From a virus (Duplodnaviria > Heunggongvirae > Uroviricota > Caudoviricetes), in the IMG/VR virus record IMGVR_UViG_2897341779_000002: DNA of 42,611 bases. One strand, written 5' to 3'. The stretch's first letter is position 1. The number at the start of each line of letters is the position of its first letter. A model generated the notes under the pieces. The model saw only the letters and a program-made list of their open reading frames with translations, searched no databases and was not told the origin of the DNA. Of the stretch, positions 28,754 to 37,287 are shown piece by piece. A program made the position numbers and the translations under genes.

Positions 28754-30765
28754 TGAAAGTAACTGCAAATGGTAAGACATTTACCTTTCCTGATGGTACG
28801 AGCACGGAAGATATTGGGTCCGCCATTGATGAGTATTTTGCTGGTCAGTCAGCGCCAACACAACAAGGTGTTCAGCAATCGCCAGCAGACAACTCACTTG
28901 CATCAGGATATGCACAGCTTGCCACTCAGCAGAAGGAAGGACTAGATCGCTCTGCTGAGCAAGGGGCTGTTTTAGGTGCTGCAATGCGCGATGCCGTTAC
29001 CGGTGAAAGCCGAATGACACCAGAAATGGAGAGACTGCAAAATGTTGGGGCTGCCCCTGAGTTGAACTCACTAAGCATGGATGCCCTGAAGGCTGGATGG
29101 TCTCAACTTTTCGGCTCCGACGCGTCTCAGGAAAAGATTCTTCAGAGTATGGGGGCGAAATTAAGGCAGGATGAGAAGGGTAACACTATCGTTTCCCTGC
29201 CATCCGGTGATTATGCCCTGAACAAGCCAGGTTTATCACCGCAAGACCTGACTTCGTTTCTTGCTAATGCGTTAGCGTTCACACCAGCGGGCAGGGCTGG
29301 AACGGTGCTTGGTGCCATAGGGAAATCAGCTGCTACAGATTTAGCACTACAGGGTGGCACCAGCCTTGCTGGCGGAGAAGATATTGATCCTGCACAAACG
29401 GTAATTTCTGCTGGCATTGGTGGTGTTGGCAAGGGGCTGGAAAATACAGTTAGTGCGGTTTCCAGGGCTGTTCGCGGTGAGATGTCACCGGAAGCAAAGG
29501 CTGCTGTCGATTTTGCGTCGGAAAGAAACCTGCCGTTAATGACCAGTGACACGCTGAAAGATAAAACCTTTATGCAGAGTCAGGCTCAGACATTAGGCGA
29601 AAGAGTTCCTTTTTTTGGAACCGGTAAGAATCGGCTGAATCAACAACAAGCACGAGAAAATTTAGTCAGAACATTTAGCGATGGTCTGGGTGGCATTTCT
29701 GATAAACAGCTTTATGAATCTGCGACTAAAGGGCAACAAAAATTCATTGAGGCAGCAGGAAAGCGATATAACCGCATAATTGACGCTATGGGGGATACCC
29801 CTGTCGATCTCTCAAACACGGTAAAAGCTATCGACAATCAGATTGCCGTGTTAAGCCGCCCGGGCAAATCTCAGGATAGAGCCGCGGTAAAAGTCTTGCA
29901 GCAATTTAAAGACGATATCACCAGCGGACCCAATGACCTGCGTCTGGCGAGAGAAAACAGAACTGACCTTCGAAAGCGGTTCATGAATTCAAACGAGACT
30001 GTTGATAAAGACACGCTCCAGAAAGCCAGCGATATTGTCTACAAGGCATATACAGCGGATATGAAAAAAGCAGTATCCCAAAAACTAGGCTCAGAAGAAG
30101 CTGCCAATATGTCTAGGGTTGATCGCTCATGGGCTAGATTCAATGACATGATGGGAAGAACGCGCGTTCAAAAGGCAATAGCCAGCGGCAAGGCTACACC
30201 TGAGGATGTAACAAAACTCGTTTTTAGCCAAAACCCATCAGAACGTTCTCAGCTTTACATGCTTCTGGATGACAATGGTAGGCAAAACGCACGAGCAGCC
30301 ATAGTTCAGAATGCTGTAGATAAGGCGACTGATCCGTCTGGAAATATTAGTGTTGAAAAGTTTATTAATGCGTTACACCGGAACAGGAAGCAATCAGCAA
30401 CTTTCTTTAAAGGCGTACATGGAAAGGAACTGGACGGCGTTATTAAATACCTCAACGATACAAGACACGCGGCAAAAGCGAACGTTCAAAACTTAAATGG
30501 TCAGCAGCTTTATGGATTGTTAGTTGGTGGTGGCATCATAAACGCAGCAGTATTAGCGGGGATGCTAAAAACGGCTGCGTTTGTTGTTCCTGCTGCTGGT
30601 GTCGTAGGAGGAGCTGCGAAGGCATACGAAAGCCCTGTTATACGAAATGCCTTGTTACGTCTGGCAAATACGCCAAAAGGTAGCACAGCATATGACAGAG
30701 CGATCAGTACGGTCACACAATCGCTCACCAGAGTCGCACAGGCATCACAAAAAGAAGCTCAATAA
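28750..30765 (+). CDS. ejection (injection) protein, gp16-like
   Basis: 671-aa ORF in the gene 16 position, overlapping the preceding stop. Confidence 0.7.
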   Translation: MMKVTANGKTFTFPDGTSTEDIGSAIDEYFAGQSAPTQQGVQQSPADNSLASGYAQLATQQKEGLDRSAEQGAVLGAAMRDAVTGESRMTPEMERLQNVGAAPELNSLSMDALKAGWSQLFGSDASQEKILQSMGAKLRQDEKGNTIVSLPSGDYALNKPGLSPQDLTSFLANALAFTPAGRAGTVLGAIGKSAATDLALQGGTSLAGGEDIDPAQTVISAGIGGVGKGLENTVSAVSRAVRGEMSPEAKAAVDFASERNLPLMTSDTLKDKTFMQSQAQTLGERVPFFGTGKNRLNQQQARENLVRTFSDGLGGISDKQLYESATKGQQKFIEAAGKRYNRIIDAMGDTPVDLSNTVKAIDNQIAVLSRPGKSQDRAAVKVLQQFKDDITSGPNDLRLARENRTDLRKRFMNSNETVDKDTLQKASDIVYKAYTADMKKAVSQKLGSEEAANMSRVDRSWARFNDMMGRTRVQKAIASGKATPEDVTKLVFSQNPSERSQLYMLLDDNGRQNARAAIVQNAVDKATDPSGNISVEKFINALHRNRKQSATFFKGVHGKELDGVIKYLNDTRHAAKANVQNLNGQQLYGLLVGGGIINAAVLAGMLKTAAFVVPAAGVVGGAAKAYESPVIRNALLRLANTPKGSTAYDRAISTVTQSLTRVAQASQKEAQ

Positions 30766-30782
30766 CTGGCAGCCACGGATGG

Positions 30783-31133
30783 CTAATTTTTATTCTTTGA
30801 TCTCGTCCACAGGTAAAGAAGAGCAATGGCAAGACAGGAAACAGAGAATAGATAACCTACCTCATATGGTGCGCCAAAAAAATTAGCTATTGATACGGGC
30901 AAAAAAGCCGAAGCGATCAGAATTGAAAGGCAAAAAATAAGCCCAGTAACATAGTTTATTAAACTCTTAAATGAGAAACGTTTTGCTTGATTTACGGTCT
31001 CAGCGAGTGATCGCTTAACGATGGATAAAAGCAAATAGATGGCGACAGTAGCTAATGCCCCTTTCCACCAGTCTGGATATAGTTTTGCGACAATCAGCCC
31101 AAGGAAAACCATGATGACAGACTGAGCATTCAC
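30783..31133 (-). CDS. small inner-membrane protein (three predicted TM helices) at the sieA position
   Basis: 116-aa hydrophobic ORF convergent with gp16; P22 carries sieA here. No sequence identity is claimed. Confidence 0.55.
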   Translation of the reverse strand: MNAQSVIMVFLGLIVAKLYPDWWKGALATVAIYLLLSIVKRSLAETVNQAKRFSFKSLINYVTGLIFCLSILIASAFLPVSIANFFGAPYEVGYLFSVSCLAIALLYLWTRSKNKN

Positions 31134-31308
31134 ACCAACCTCCTTAGTTTTGCGCAGGATACCAGATGATGTATAGGAGTGGGAGTAAAGTTAGTCGGTG
31201 ATAGAACGGTGGTTGCATAATGATATCACGTGACGTAAACTTATTGCGCATAGCGTGTATTCAATGGATGCATAGCTATTGATAATCTCCGATAAGAAGG
31301 AGGTTTGT

Positions 31309-31875
31309 ATGAGCAATGAGACTAATGGGATTGATGAAATGTTTAGCTTGAACGCTGCCAAAGCTGGAGTCGCAATAGGTTTGCTATTACAGCAAGCTTC
31401 TGCGTTCAGTTGTGAGGTGGTTGTTACTGATAACGTTCAGCACGCTTACCATCAATCCTCATTCAGCAGTGAACGGGCTAATGATGAGCTTCATGAGGCG
31501 GTGTCTTCGATTAAAGAATTGTCTCGAATGCTGAAATACGCTTATCGTGTTCTTGCAAACGCTACCGATGAGAATGTAGACAATGTGTTGTCTATCATTG
31601 AACCAGAAAAGTCTCGATTGATAGAGCATCAATTGAGAGGACTTGAAGGGGCAATGAAATCGGTATTCAAAGAAGCTTCTGCTGATTTTAAAGAGATCGC
31701 AAGAGATATCTATATCGTTGTTGCTGATGCCAGATCTGCCGTAACCAACCTGAATAGTCTTATTAAACAACGCTCATGTGTTCCGGTTGTTTTTGATAGT
31801 TCCGTAGATATGGCTGGTTTGCGTGCGCTTGCTGAGCACGGGACTCGTGTGTTTCACTCTGGTAACTTCCACTGA
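31309..31875 (+). CDS. hypothetical protein (188 aa), upstream partner of the YafO-like gene
   Basis: ATG 31309 preceded by AAGGAGG at 5-nt spacing; stop 31873..31875 lies 8 nt before the next ATG; no domain recognised. Confidence 0.7.
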   Translation: MSNETNGIDEMFSLNAAKAGVAIGLLLQQASAFSCEVVVTDNVQHAYHQSSFSSERANDELHEAVSSIKELSRMLKYAYRVLANATDENVDNVLSIIEPEKSRLIEHQLRGLEGAMKSVFKEASADFKEIARDIYIVVADARSAVTNLNSLIKQRSCVPVVFDSSVDMAGLRALAEHGTRVFHSGNFH

Positions 31876-31883
31876 GGTAAAAC

Positions 31884-32333
31884 ATGCAAGTAACCGTGGA
31901 ATATAATCAGGATAGTTTTGACTATTTTTTCTCCCCGGTTTTTGTTGAGTTTCCTGATTTAAAACAAACACTTGTAGATGATTTTATCATCTACAAGTCT
32001 ACGGGAACGTTGCCCAGCTATTTTGGCAGAGACACCTCTTATCATCGACCTCCTGATATTGAAGATGCAGGCCTTATGCACCTTCATTTAGCAATTGGTG
32101 AAAATAAATTTGAGCCAATAAAAAATGGCACAGATATCAGCACACCGCAAAAGTTGCAGTGGCATAAAACATCCAATACCGCTCTCGTTTATGCACAAAA
32201 TCTTTTTGATGAGAACAGGTATTCATTGATTGCTCTTTTTCATCCTGTAGCTCACATGTCTGCTAACAATCATAATAGAATGAGAGTGTTAGCAGGGTAT
32301 GCGAGAGACTTTAGAAACACTATGTTTGACTAA
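31884..32333 (+). CDS. YafO-family toxin-like protein
   Basis: 149-aa product shares motifs with E. coli YafO as I recall it: DFIIYKSTGTLPSYFGRD vs DFISYKRDGVLPDIFGRD; HLHLA vs HIHLA; ALVYAQNLFDE vs HLVYCQGAFDE; SLIALFHPVAH...NNHNRM vs LLIAILKPEPH...RDNNQM. Confidence 0.7.
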   Translation: MQVTVEYNQDSFDYFFSPVFVEFPDLKQTLVDDFIIYKSTGTLPSYFGRDTSYHRPPDIEDAGLMHLHLAIGENKFEPIKNGTDISTPQKLQWHKTSNTALVYAQNLFDENRYSLIALFHPVAHMSANNHNRMRVLAGYARDFRNTMFD

Positions 32334-32334
32334 A

Positions 32335-32357
32335 CCCACCGTCAGGTGGGTTTTTTA
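32335..32357 (+). terminator. terminator hairpin between the convergent YafO-like and ClpP-like genes
   Basis: CCCACC-GTCA-GGTGGG followed by TTTTTTAT. Confidence 0.55.
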
Positions 32358-32381
32358 TAAGGAGTAATCATGATTTACCCA

Positions 32382-32918
32382 TCAAACAACCCACCAGTTT
32401 GCCTGATTGGATGCCAGCCTTGCAGTTTTTATGGAATTAATTATGCCATGCTCAAGAGCCTTGTTAGCATCCAAAATGGTCGAGTCTGCTATCAGGGATG
32501 CCCACCTAATATGGGTTCCGATGTCGATATTGAACGTCTCAACGAAGCGATCAAGATCGTTATCGAGGCATTTCCCGTACTCTCTCAATCTGGCATGGTC
32601 GGCGGCTGGGGAGGCAAAGCACCATAATAGAGGATGTAACAGGAATCTTGATAATGGGTTTGCGAAACGTTCTGAGCCAGCCAGGAAAACGATATTAGCT
32701 ATGGATTCAACATTGCTTATGTTGTGAGTTCTAACGGTAACAGGGAGTGACTTAAGAAAGTTATACGCAGTAAAGCCAGCAGCAGTTTCCCCTCCCTGAC
32801 TTGATATATGGATATTTAATTCAGTTGCGCCTTGAGATAATGCGGTGAGACAGTGGTTCTGAAGTTGCCCAACAGTGGCAGTGTTAACAGGGCATAAGAA
32901 ATGAATTGTGTGCAGCAT
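32382..32918 (-). CDS. ClpP/S14-S49-fold serine peptidase-like protein (178 aa)
   Basis: ISSQGGETAAGFTAYNFL aligns with the ClpP INSPGG...AG segment and a His is conserved near LHPLLW; ATG overlaps the mnt stop (TAATG). Confidence 0.6.
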   Translation of the reverse strand: MLHTIHFLCPVNTATVGQLQNHCLTALSQGATELNIHISSQGGETAAGFTAYNFLKSLPVTVRTHNISNVESIANIVFLAGSERFANPLSRFLLHPLLWCFASPAADHARLREYGKCLDNDLDRFVETFNIDIGTHIRWASLIADSTILDANKALEHGIINSIKTARLASNQANWWVV

Positions 32919-33166
32919 TATTTTTCATCCTTAGCATACATGGTCTTTAGCGTCTCAAGTAGCGCCTCTTTGAATTTATCAGCTTCTTGCTGAGCAAATG
33001 ACTCAACTGACTTTGGCGACCTATCTTCATCAATCGCGGCTTGCAAAATCATGACGATCTCGGAGTTAACAGAGCGACCATTTTTTGATGCTCTGACAGC
33101 AAGAGCCTCGCGTAAAGATTCAGGGATTCTTACCGTAGTTGGAGAAATTGACACACCCTTTGCCAT
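32918..33166 (-). CDS. mnt: Mnt repressor (ribbon-helix-helix)
   Basis: From the internal Met the 82-aa product MAKGVSISPTTVRIPESLREALAVRASKNGRSVNSEIVMILQAA... resembles P22 Mnt (NGRSMNSE motif). Confidence 0.8.
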   Translation of the reverse strand: MAKGVSISPTTVRIPESLREALAVRASKNGRSVNSEIVMILQAAIDEDRSPKSVESFAQQEADKFKEALLETLKTMYAKDEK

Positions 33167-33280
33167 ATAACACCTTTGGTATTCAATTTGATAGCAAAGT
33201 GTATGCAAAAAAATTTTGACTAGATATACTCACTTTGCTATCTTTTGTATTCGAAAAGAGTTGTTTGCGTGGAGGGTAAC
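33167..33280. promoter_or_regulatory. immI control region (Pant/Pmnt with operator-like inverted repeat)
   Basis: Perfect 11-bp inverted repeat ATAGCAAAGTG (33203..33213) / CACTTTGCTAT (33231..33241) flanking TTGACT; TATCTT follows 17 bp after TTGACT; lies between divergent mnt and arc. Confidence 0.55.
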
Positions 33281-33433
33281 ATGGAGAAAGAAATAAGTAA
33301 GATTTTGGTAAGGATGCCGCAGTCGTTAAAGGATGCTATCGGTAGCAGGGCAAAGGAAGAGTGCAGGTCGTTTAACTCAGAGGTTATCAAGCGCCTGATA
33401 GACAGCCTGAAGAGAGAGGGGGTAACGGTGTGA
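33281..33433 (+). CDS. arc: Arc repressor (ribbon-helix-helix)
   Basis: 50-aa product from ATG 33281 (GGAGGG RBS): MEKEISKILVRMPQSLKDAIGSRAKEECRSFNSEVIKRLIDSLKREGVTV, resembling P22 Arc. Confidence 0.8.
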   Translation: MEKEISKILVRMPQSLKDAIGSRAKEECRSFNSEVIKRLIDSLKREGVTV

Positions 33434-33665
33434 TTCGCTTGGATGCAGTAGTCAAAGAGATTGCGATTACCATTTTAAGACCAAATTTTGTTCATGGCGA
33501 ATCATTTGGCACGAACGAAAAATTGAGAAGAGAAAGAGTATTCAGTGGCAAGCGCACGTTTTCAGAAGTGATGCTTGATGCGGCAAAGAAATCAAAACAG
33601 TGAAGCCCCAACTGCTGGAACAGTCAGGGCTTCGGTTGTCGGTAAATCCGTGGAGAAAAACCAAC

Positions 33666-34568
33666 ATGAATAGTATAGCAATTTTAGAAGCAGTGAACAC
33701 CTCTTACGTGCCATTCAACGGTCAGCAAATTATCACCGCCATGGCTGCCGGAGTTGCATATGTTGCGATGAAGCCAATCGTTGAAAACCTCGGAATGAGC
33801 TGGTCAACGCAGCAAACAAAACTCATGAAGCAGATTAGCAAATTCAACTGTGTTCATATGAACATGGTTGCCGCTGATGGTAAGCTTCGTAAGCTACTCT
33901 GCCTTCCTTTGAAGAAGTTAAATGGATGGCTGTTCAGCATCAACCCTGAGAAAGTTCGTGCTGACATCCGCGATAAACTGATTCAGTACCAGGAAGAATG
34001 CTTTACTGTGCTGCATGACTACTGGACAAAGGGAGAGGCAGCAAATGCACGGAAGAAAACATCTGTTGATGACAGGACTCCGCTTCGTGATGCTGTAAAT
34101 ATGCTAGTCAGCAAAAAGCATCTAATGTACCCAGAAGCTTATGCAATGATTCATCAGCGTTTCAATGTGGAAAGTATTGAAGAGCTTGATGCATCTCAGA
34201 TACCACAAGCAGTAGAGTACATCCACAGGGTAGTGCTTGAAGGTGAGTTCATCGGCAAACAAGAGAAGAAAACCAACGAGCTTTCTGCAAAAGAAGCAAA
34301 CAGCCTTGTATGGCTATGGGATTATGCCAACCGCTCACAGGCATTATTCCGCGAACTGTATCCGGCGCTAAAACAAATTCAATCGAACTATTCCGGCAGA
34401 TGTCATGACTGCGGTTATGAGTTCTCCCGTATTATCGATATGGCGAGAGACGTTTTAATCAATCACACACGAGATGTTGATATCAATGAGCCAGACGGAC
34501 CAACGAATCTTTCCGCATGGATGAGACTTAAGAATAAAGAATTACCTCCTTCAGTACATAATTACTGA
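33666..34568 (+). CDS. ant: antirepressor Ant
   Basis: From [43 protein letters not shown]... the 300-aa product matches the P22 Ant N-terminus and length from memory. Confidence 0.85.
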   Translation: MNSIAILEAVNTSYVPFNGQQIITAMAAGVAYVAMKPIVENLGMSWSTQQTKLMKQISKFNCVHMNMVAADGKLRKLLCLPLKKLNGWLFSINPEKVRADIRDKLIQYQEECFTVLHDYWTKGEAANARKKTSVDDRTPLRDAVNMLVSKKHLMYPEAYAMIHQRFNVESIEELDASQIPQAVEYIHRVVLEGEFIGKQEKKTNELSAKEANSLVWLWDYANRSQALFRELYPALKQIQSNYSGRCHDCGYEFSRIIDMARDVLINHTRDVDINEPDGPTNLSAWMRLKNKELPPSVHNY

Positions 34569-34587
34569 CAGATAACCAACGCAACGA

Positions 34588-34610
34588 CCCAGCTTCGGCT
34601 GGGTTTTTTT
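34588..34610 (+). terminator. rho-independent terminator after ant
   Basis: CCCAGC-TTCG-GCTGGG followed by TTTTTTT. Confidence 0.6.
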
Positions 34611-34668
34611 ATGCCCAAAATTCACCGTGGCCATGCTGCGGCGATTCTTTGCATCTGGAGCAAATTAA

Positions 34669-34697
34669 ATGACAGACATTACAGCCAATGTGATTGT
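34669..34697 (+). other. orphaned 5' end of the tailspike gene (codons 1-10, MTDITANVIV)
   Basis: ATG with GGAG RBS encodes MTDITANVIV, the conserved P22-family tailspike N-terminus; the frame is broken by the IS at 34698 and resumes after 37278. Confidence 0.75.
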
Positions 34698-34890
34698 TGC
34701 GTATTTTCATGAAAGGAGATCACTCAATAACTTCCATCGAGATCGGGTAATAACATTTGAACAGATCGCTGAATAACATCGATGGAGATCACTTTTGACT
34801 CATTTTGTTATTCAGTGATCTCCATCAATGTTATTGGAACTTCACAGGTGTGTTGATCTGTATCTTTTGCCATTCCGGTAAAGGATACCT

Positions 34891-36432
34891 ATGCCAACAG
34901 TTCCAATTTCTATGAGAAAACTTAAAGAAATTCTTAGGCTTAAATACGGTGTTGGACTCAGCCATCGACAAATTGGTCGTAGTCTTGCAATCTCCCCTTC
35001 CGTTGTATCCAGATATGCTAATCGGGCGGCTCAACTTGGCATAAAGCAGTGGCCCTTACCTACAGGATGGGATGATACAAAACTAAAACATGCGTTCCTT
35101 CAGACCCAGGTTAAGATGAAGAAGCACTCTCTGCCTGACTGGGCTACAGTACACCGGGAACTGCGTAATAAATGCGTGACGCTGCAGCTACTCTGGGAAG
35201 AATACTGTGAGCGTAATCCAGGCGGTTTTTACAGCTATAACCATTACTGCCGGATGTACCGTGAATGGCTCAAAACCACTTCACCATCAATGCGTCAGGT
35301 ACATAAAGCTGGCGAAAAACTTTTCGTTGATTACTGTGGACCTACCGTTGGCGTTACCGACCCTGAGACCGGAGAAATAAGAACTGCTCAGGTCATCGTA
35401 GCTGTTCTCGGGGCATCAAGTTACACATGGGCAGAGGCCACCTGGTCTCAGCAGCTTGAAGACTGGGTGATGAGTCATGTTCGCTGCTTCCAGTGGTTGG
35501 GTGGCGTTCCTGAACTTGTTGTTCCGGACAATCTGAAAAGCGCCACATCCAGGGCATGTAAGTATGATCCTGACGTTAACCCTACCTACCAGCAGATGCT
35601 TGAGCATTATAATGTCGCAGTTTTGCCTGCGCGGCCACGTAAACCGAAAGATAAAGCCAAAGCTGAAGTTGGCGTTCAGGTTGTTGAACGCTGGATCATG
35701 GCCCGAATCAGGCATGAGATCTTCTACAGCCTTGCATCGCTTAATCAGCGCATTCGGGAGTTGCTGGAAAGACTGAATAACAAAATAATGCAGAAGTTGG
35801 GTTATTCACGTGCAGAACTCTTCATCCAGCTTGATAAACCCGCACTGAAGCCTCTTCCTGAAGCCAGTTACAGTTACACCCTGGTGAAGAAAGTCAGAGT
35901 TCATGCCGATTACCACGTGGAAATCGACAAACATTACTACTCGGTTCCATGTTCGCTGTTAGGCCAGCAACTGGAAGCATGGATCTCCGGAGAACTGGTA
36001 AGACTCTTCAATCAGGGGCAGGAGGTTGCTGTGCACCCGCGCAAGCGTACTTATGGCTACAGTACCCGCAACGAGCACATGCCTGAAGCTCATCGACAGC
36101 ATGCCACCTGGACGCCAGAGCGTCTTCTGGAATGGGCGGGGCACATAGGCAGTGAAACTCATAGTTATGTGCTTCATATACTGAACTCTCGTCCACATCC
36201 GGAACAAAGCTATCGCTTCTGCCTTGGACTCCTGAACCTTCATAAAAAATACAGTAAAGCCAGACTTAATGCAGCATGTGCAAGAGCTCTGAAAACAAAG
36301 GTATGGCGTCTGTCAGGTATTAAATCGATCCTGGAAAAAGGTCTGGATAAACAACCTGTTCAGGATCCAAAACCAGATCTGTTATCCACGATGGAACACG
36401 AAAACGTACGCGGCAGTGAGTATTACCACTGA
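34891..36432 (+). CDS. istA: IS21-family transposase IstA
   Basis: 513-aa ORF with N-terminal HTH-like segment and DDE-type integrase core, immediately followed by istB. Confidence 0.85.
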   Translation: MPTVPISMRKLKEILRLKYGVGLSHRQIGRSLAISPSVVSRYANRAAQLGIKQWPLPTGWDDTKLKHAFLQTQVKMKKHSLPDWATVHRELRNKCVTLQLLWEEYCERNPGGFYSYNHYCRMYREWLKTTSPSMRQVHKAGEKLFVDYCGPTVGVTDPETGEIRTAQVIVAVLGASSYTWAEATWSQQLEDWVMSHVRCFQWLGGVPELVVPDNLKSATSRACKYDPDVNPTYQQMLEHYNVAVLPARPRKPKDKAKAEVGVQVVERWIMARIRHEIFYSLASLNQRIRELLERLNNKIMQKLGYSRAELFIQLDKPALKPLPEASYSYTLVKKVRVHADYHVEIDKHYYSVPCSLLGQQLEAWISGELVRLFNQGQEVAVHPRKRTYGYSTRNEHMPEAHRQHATWTPERLLEWAGHIGSETHSYVLHILNSRPHPEQSYRFCLGLLNLHKKYSKARLNAACARALKTKVWRLSGIKSILEKGLDKQPVQDPKPDLLSTMEHENVRGSEYYH

Positions 36433-36443
36433 TACGGGATCCA

Positions 36444-37193
36444 ATGATGAATCATCTTTACGAACAACTGACCGCACTTAAACTCACCGGCTTCCGTGAT
36501 GCGCTTAAAAAGCAACTTGCTCAGCCGGGCACATACCAGGAGCTGGGCTTCGAAGAACGCCTGTCATTACTGACAGCAGAAGAACTAACCTGCCGTGAAA
36601 ACAGGAAGGCAGAGCGTCTGATCAAACATGCACGGTTCAGACTTAATGCTGAGTTATCAAAGCTGGATTATCGTAACAATAGAGGGCTGGACAGGGCCCT
36701 CATCCGTTCACTCAGTCAGGGAAACTGGTTAACCCTGAAACAAAATATTTTACTGACCGGGGCCACCGGCAGCGGTAAAACGTTCCTGGCATGTGCACTT
36801 GGTCATAATGCCTGCCGACAGGGATACAAGGTCTACTATTATCGCCTTAAAGCGCTGATGGAACAGTGCTATCAGGGGCATGCTGATGGAAGATACAGCA
36901 AACTTTTGACCAGGCTGAATAATAGCGATCTGCTGCTTCTGGATGACTGGGGGCTGGAACCTCTCTCATCAGAACAGCGTAGCGACCTGCTGGAAATAGT
37001 GGATCTGATGTACCAACGAGGCTCAATCATCGTAGTGAGCCAGTTGCCGGTGGAAAACTGGTACAAAATGATCGGAGACTCCACACATGCGGATGCCATC
37101 CTAGATCGACTGGTTCATGGCAGTATCAAGATCGAACTTAAAGGAGAATCAATGCGGAAAATACAATCACCGTTGACCGAAGGAGATCAGTGA
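36444..37193 (+). CDS. istB: IS21-family helper ATPase IstB
   Basis: 249-aa ORF with Walker A LTGATGSGKTFLACAL and Walker B LLLLDDWG. Confidence 0.9.
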   Translation: MMNHLYEQLTALKLTGFRDALKKQLAQPGTYQELGFEERLSLLTAEELTCRENRKAERLIKHARFRLNAELSKLDYRNNRGLDRALIRSLSQGNWLTLKQNILLTGATGSGKTFLACALGHNACRQGYKVYYYRLKALMEQCYQGHADGRYSKLLTRLNNSDLLLLDDWGLEPLSSEQRSDLLEIVDLMYQRGSIIVVSQLPVENWYKMIGDSTHADAILDRLVHGSIKIELKGESMRKIQSPLTEGDQ

Positions 37194-37287
37194 AGGTAAT
37201 TTAAAAACGGTTCTGTGAAAGTGACACGAACCGATCTCCATCGATGTTACTCACCGATCTCCTTCACGGTAATACGCAATTGTATCG

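Larger units (their letters stand above)
34698..37278 (+). mobile_element. IS21-family insertion sequence (istA-istB) with 5-bp target duplication ATTGT
   Basis: Imperfect terminal inverted repeats (left TGCGTATTTTCATGAAAGGAGATC..., right end reverse-complements to TGCGTATTACCGTGAAGGAGATC...); internal GATCTCCATCGATGTTA-type repeats near both ends; ATTGT at 34693..34697 and 37279..37283. Confidence 0.85.

Noticed and set aside
32382-32918. ClpP-like gene interpreted as a capsid prohead protease
   Set aside because: P22-like phages have no prohead protease, and the gene sits in immI coupled to mnt rather than in the morphogenesis operon; kept as an accessory protein of unknown role.
33600-33665. 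Upstream GTG start for ant (track ORF begins at 33600)
   Set aside because: The Ant N-terminus MNSIAIL at 33666 matches P22 Ant and gives the expected 300-aa length.
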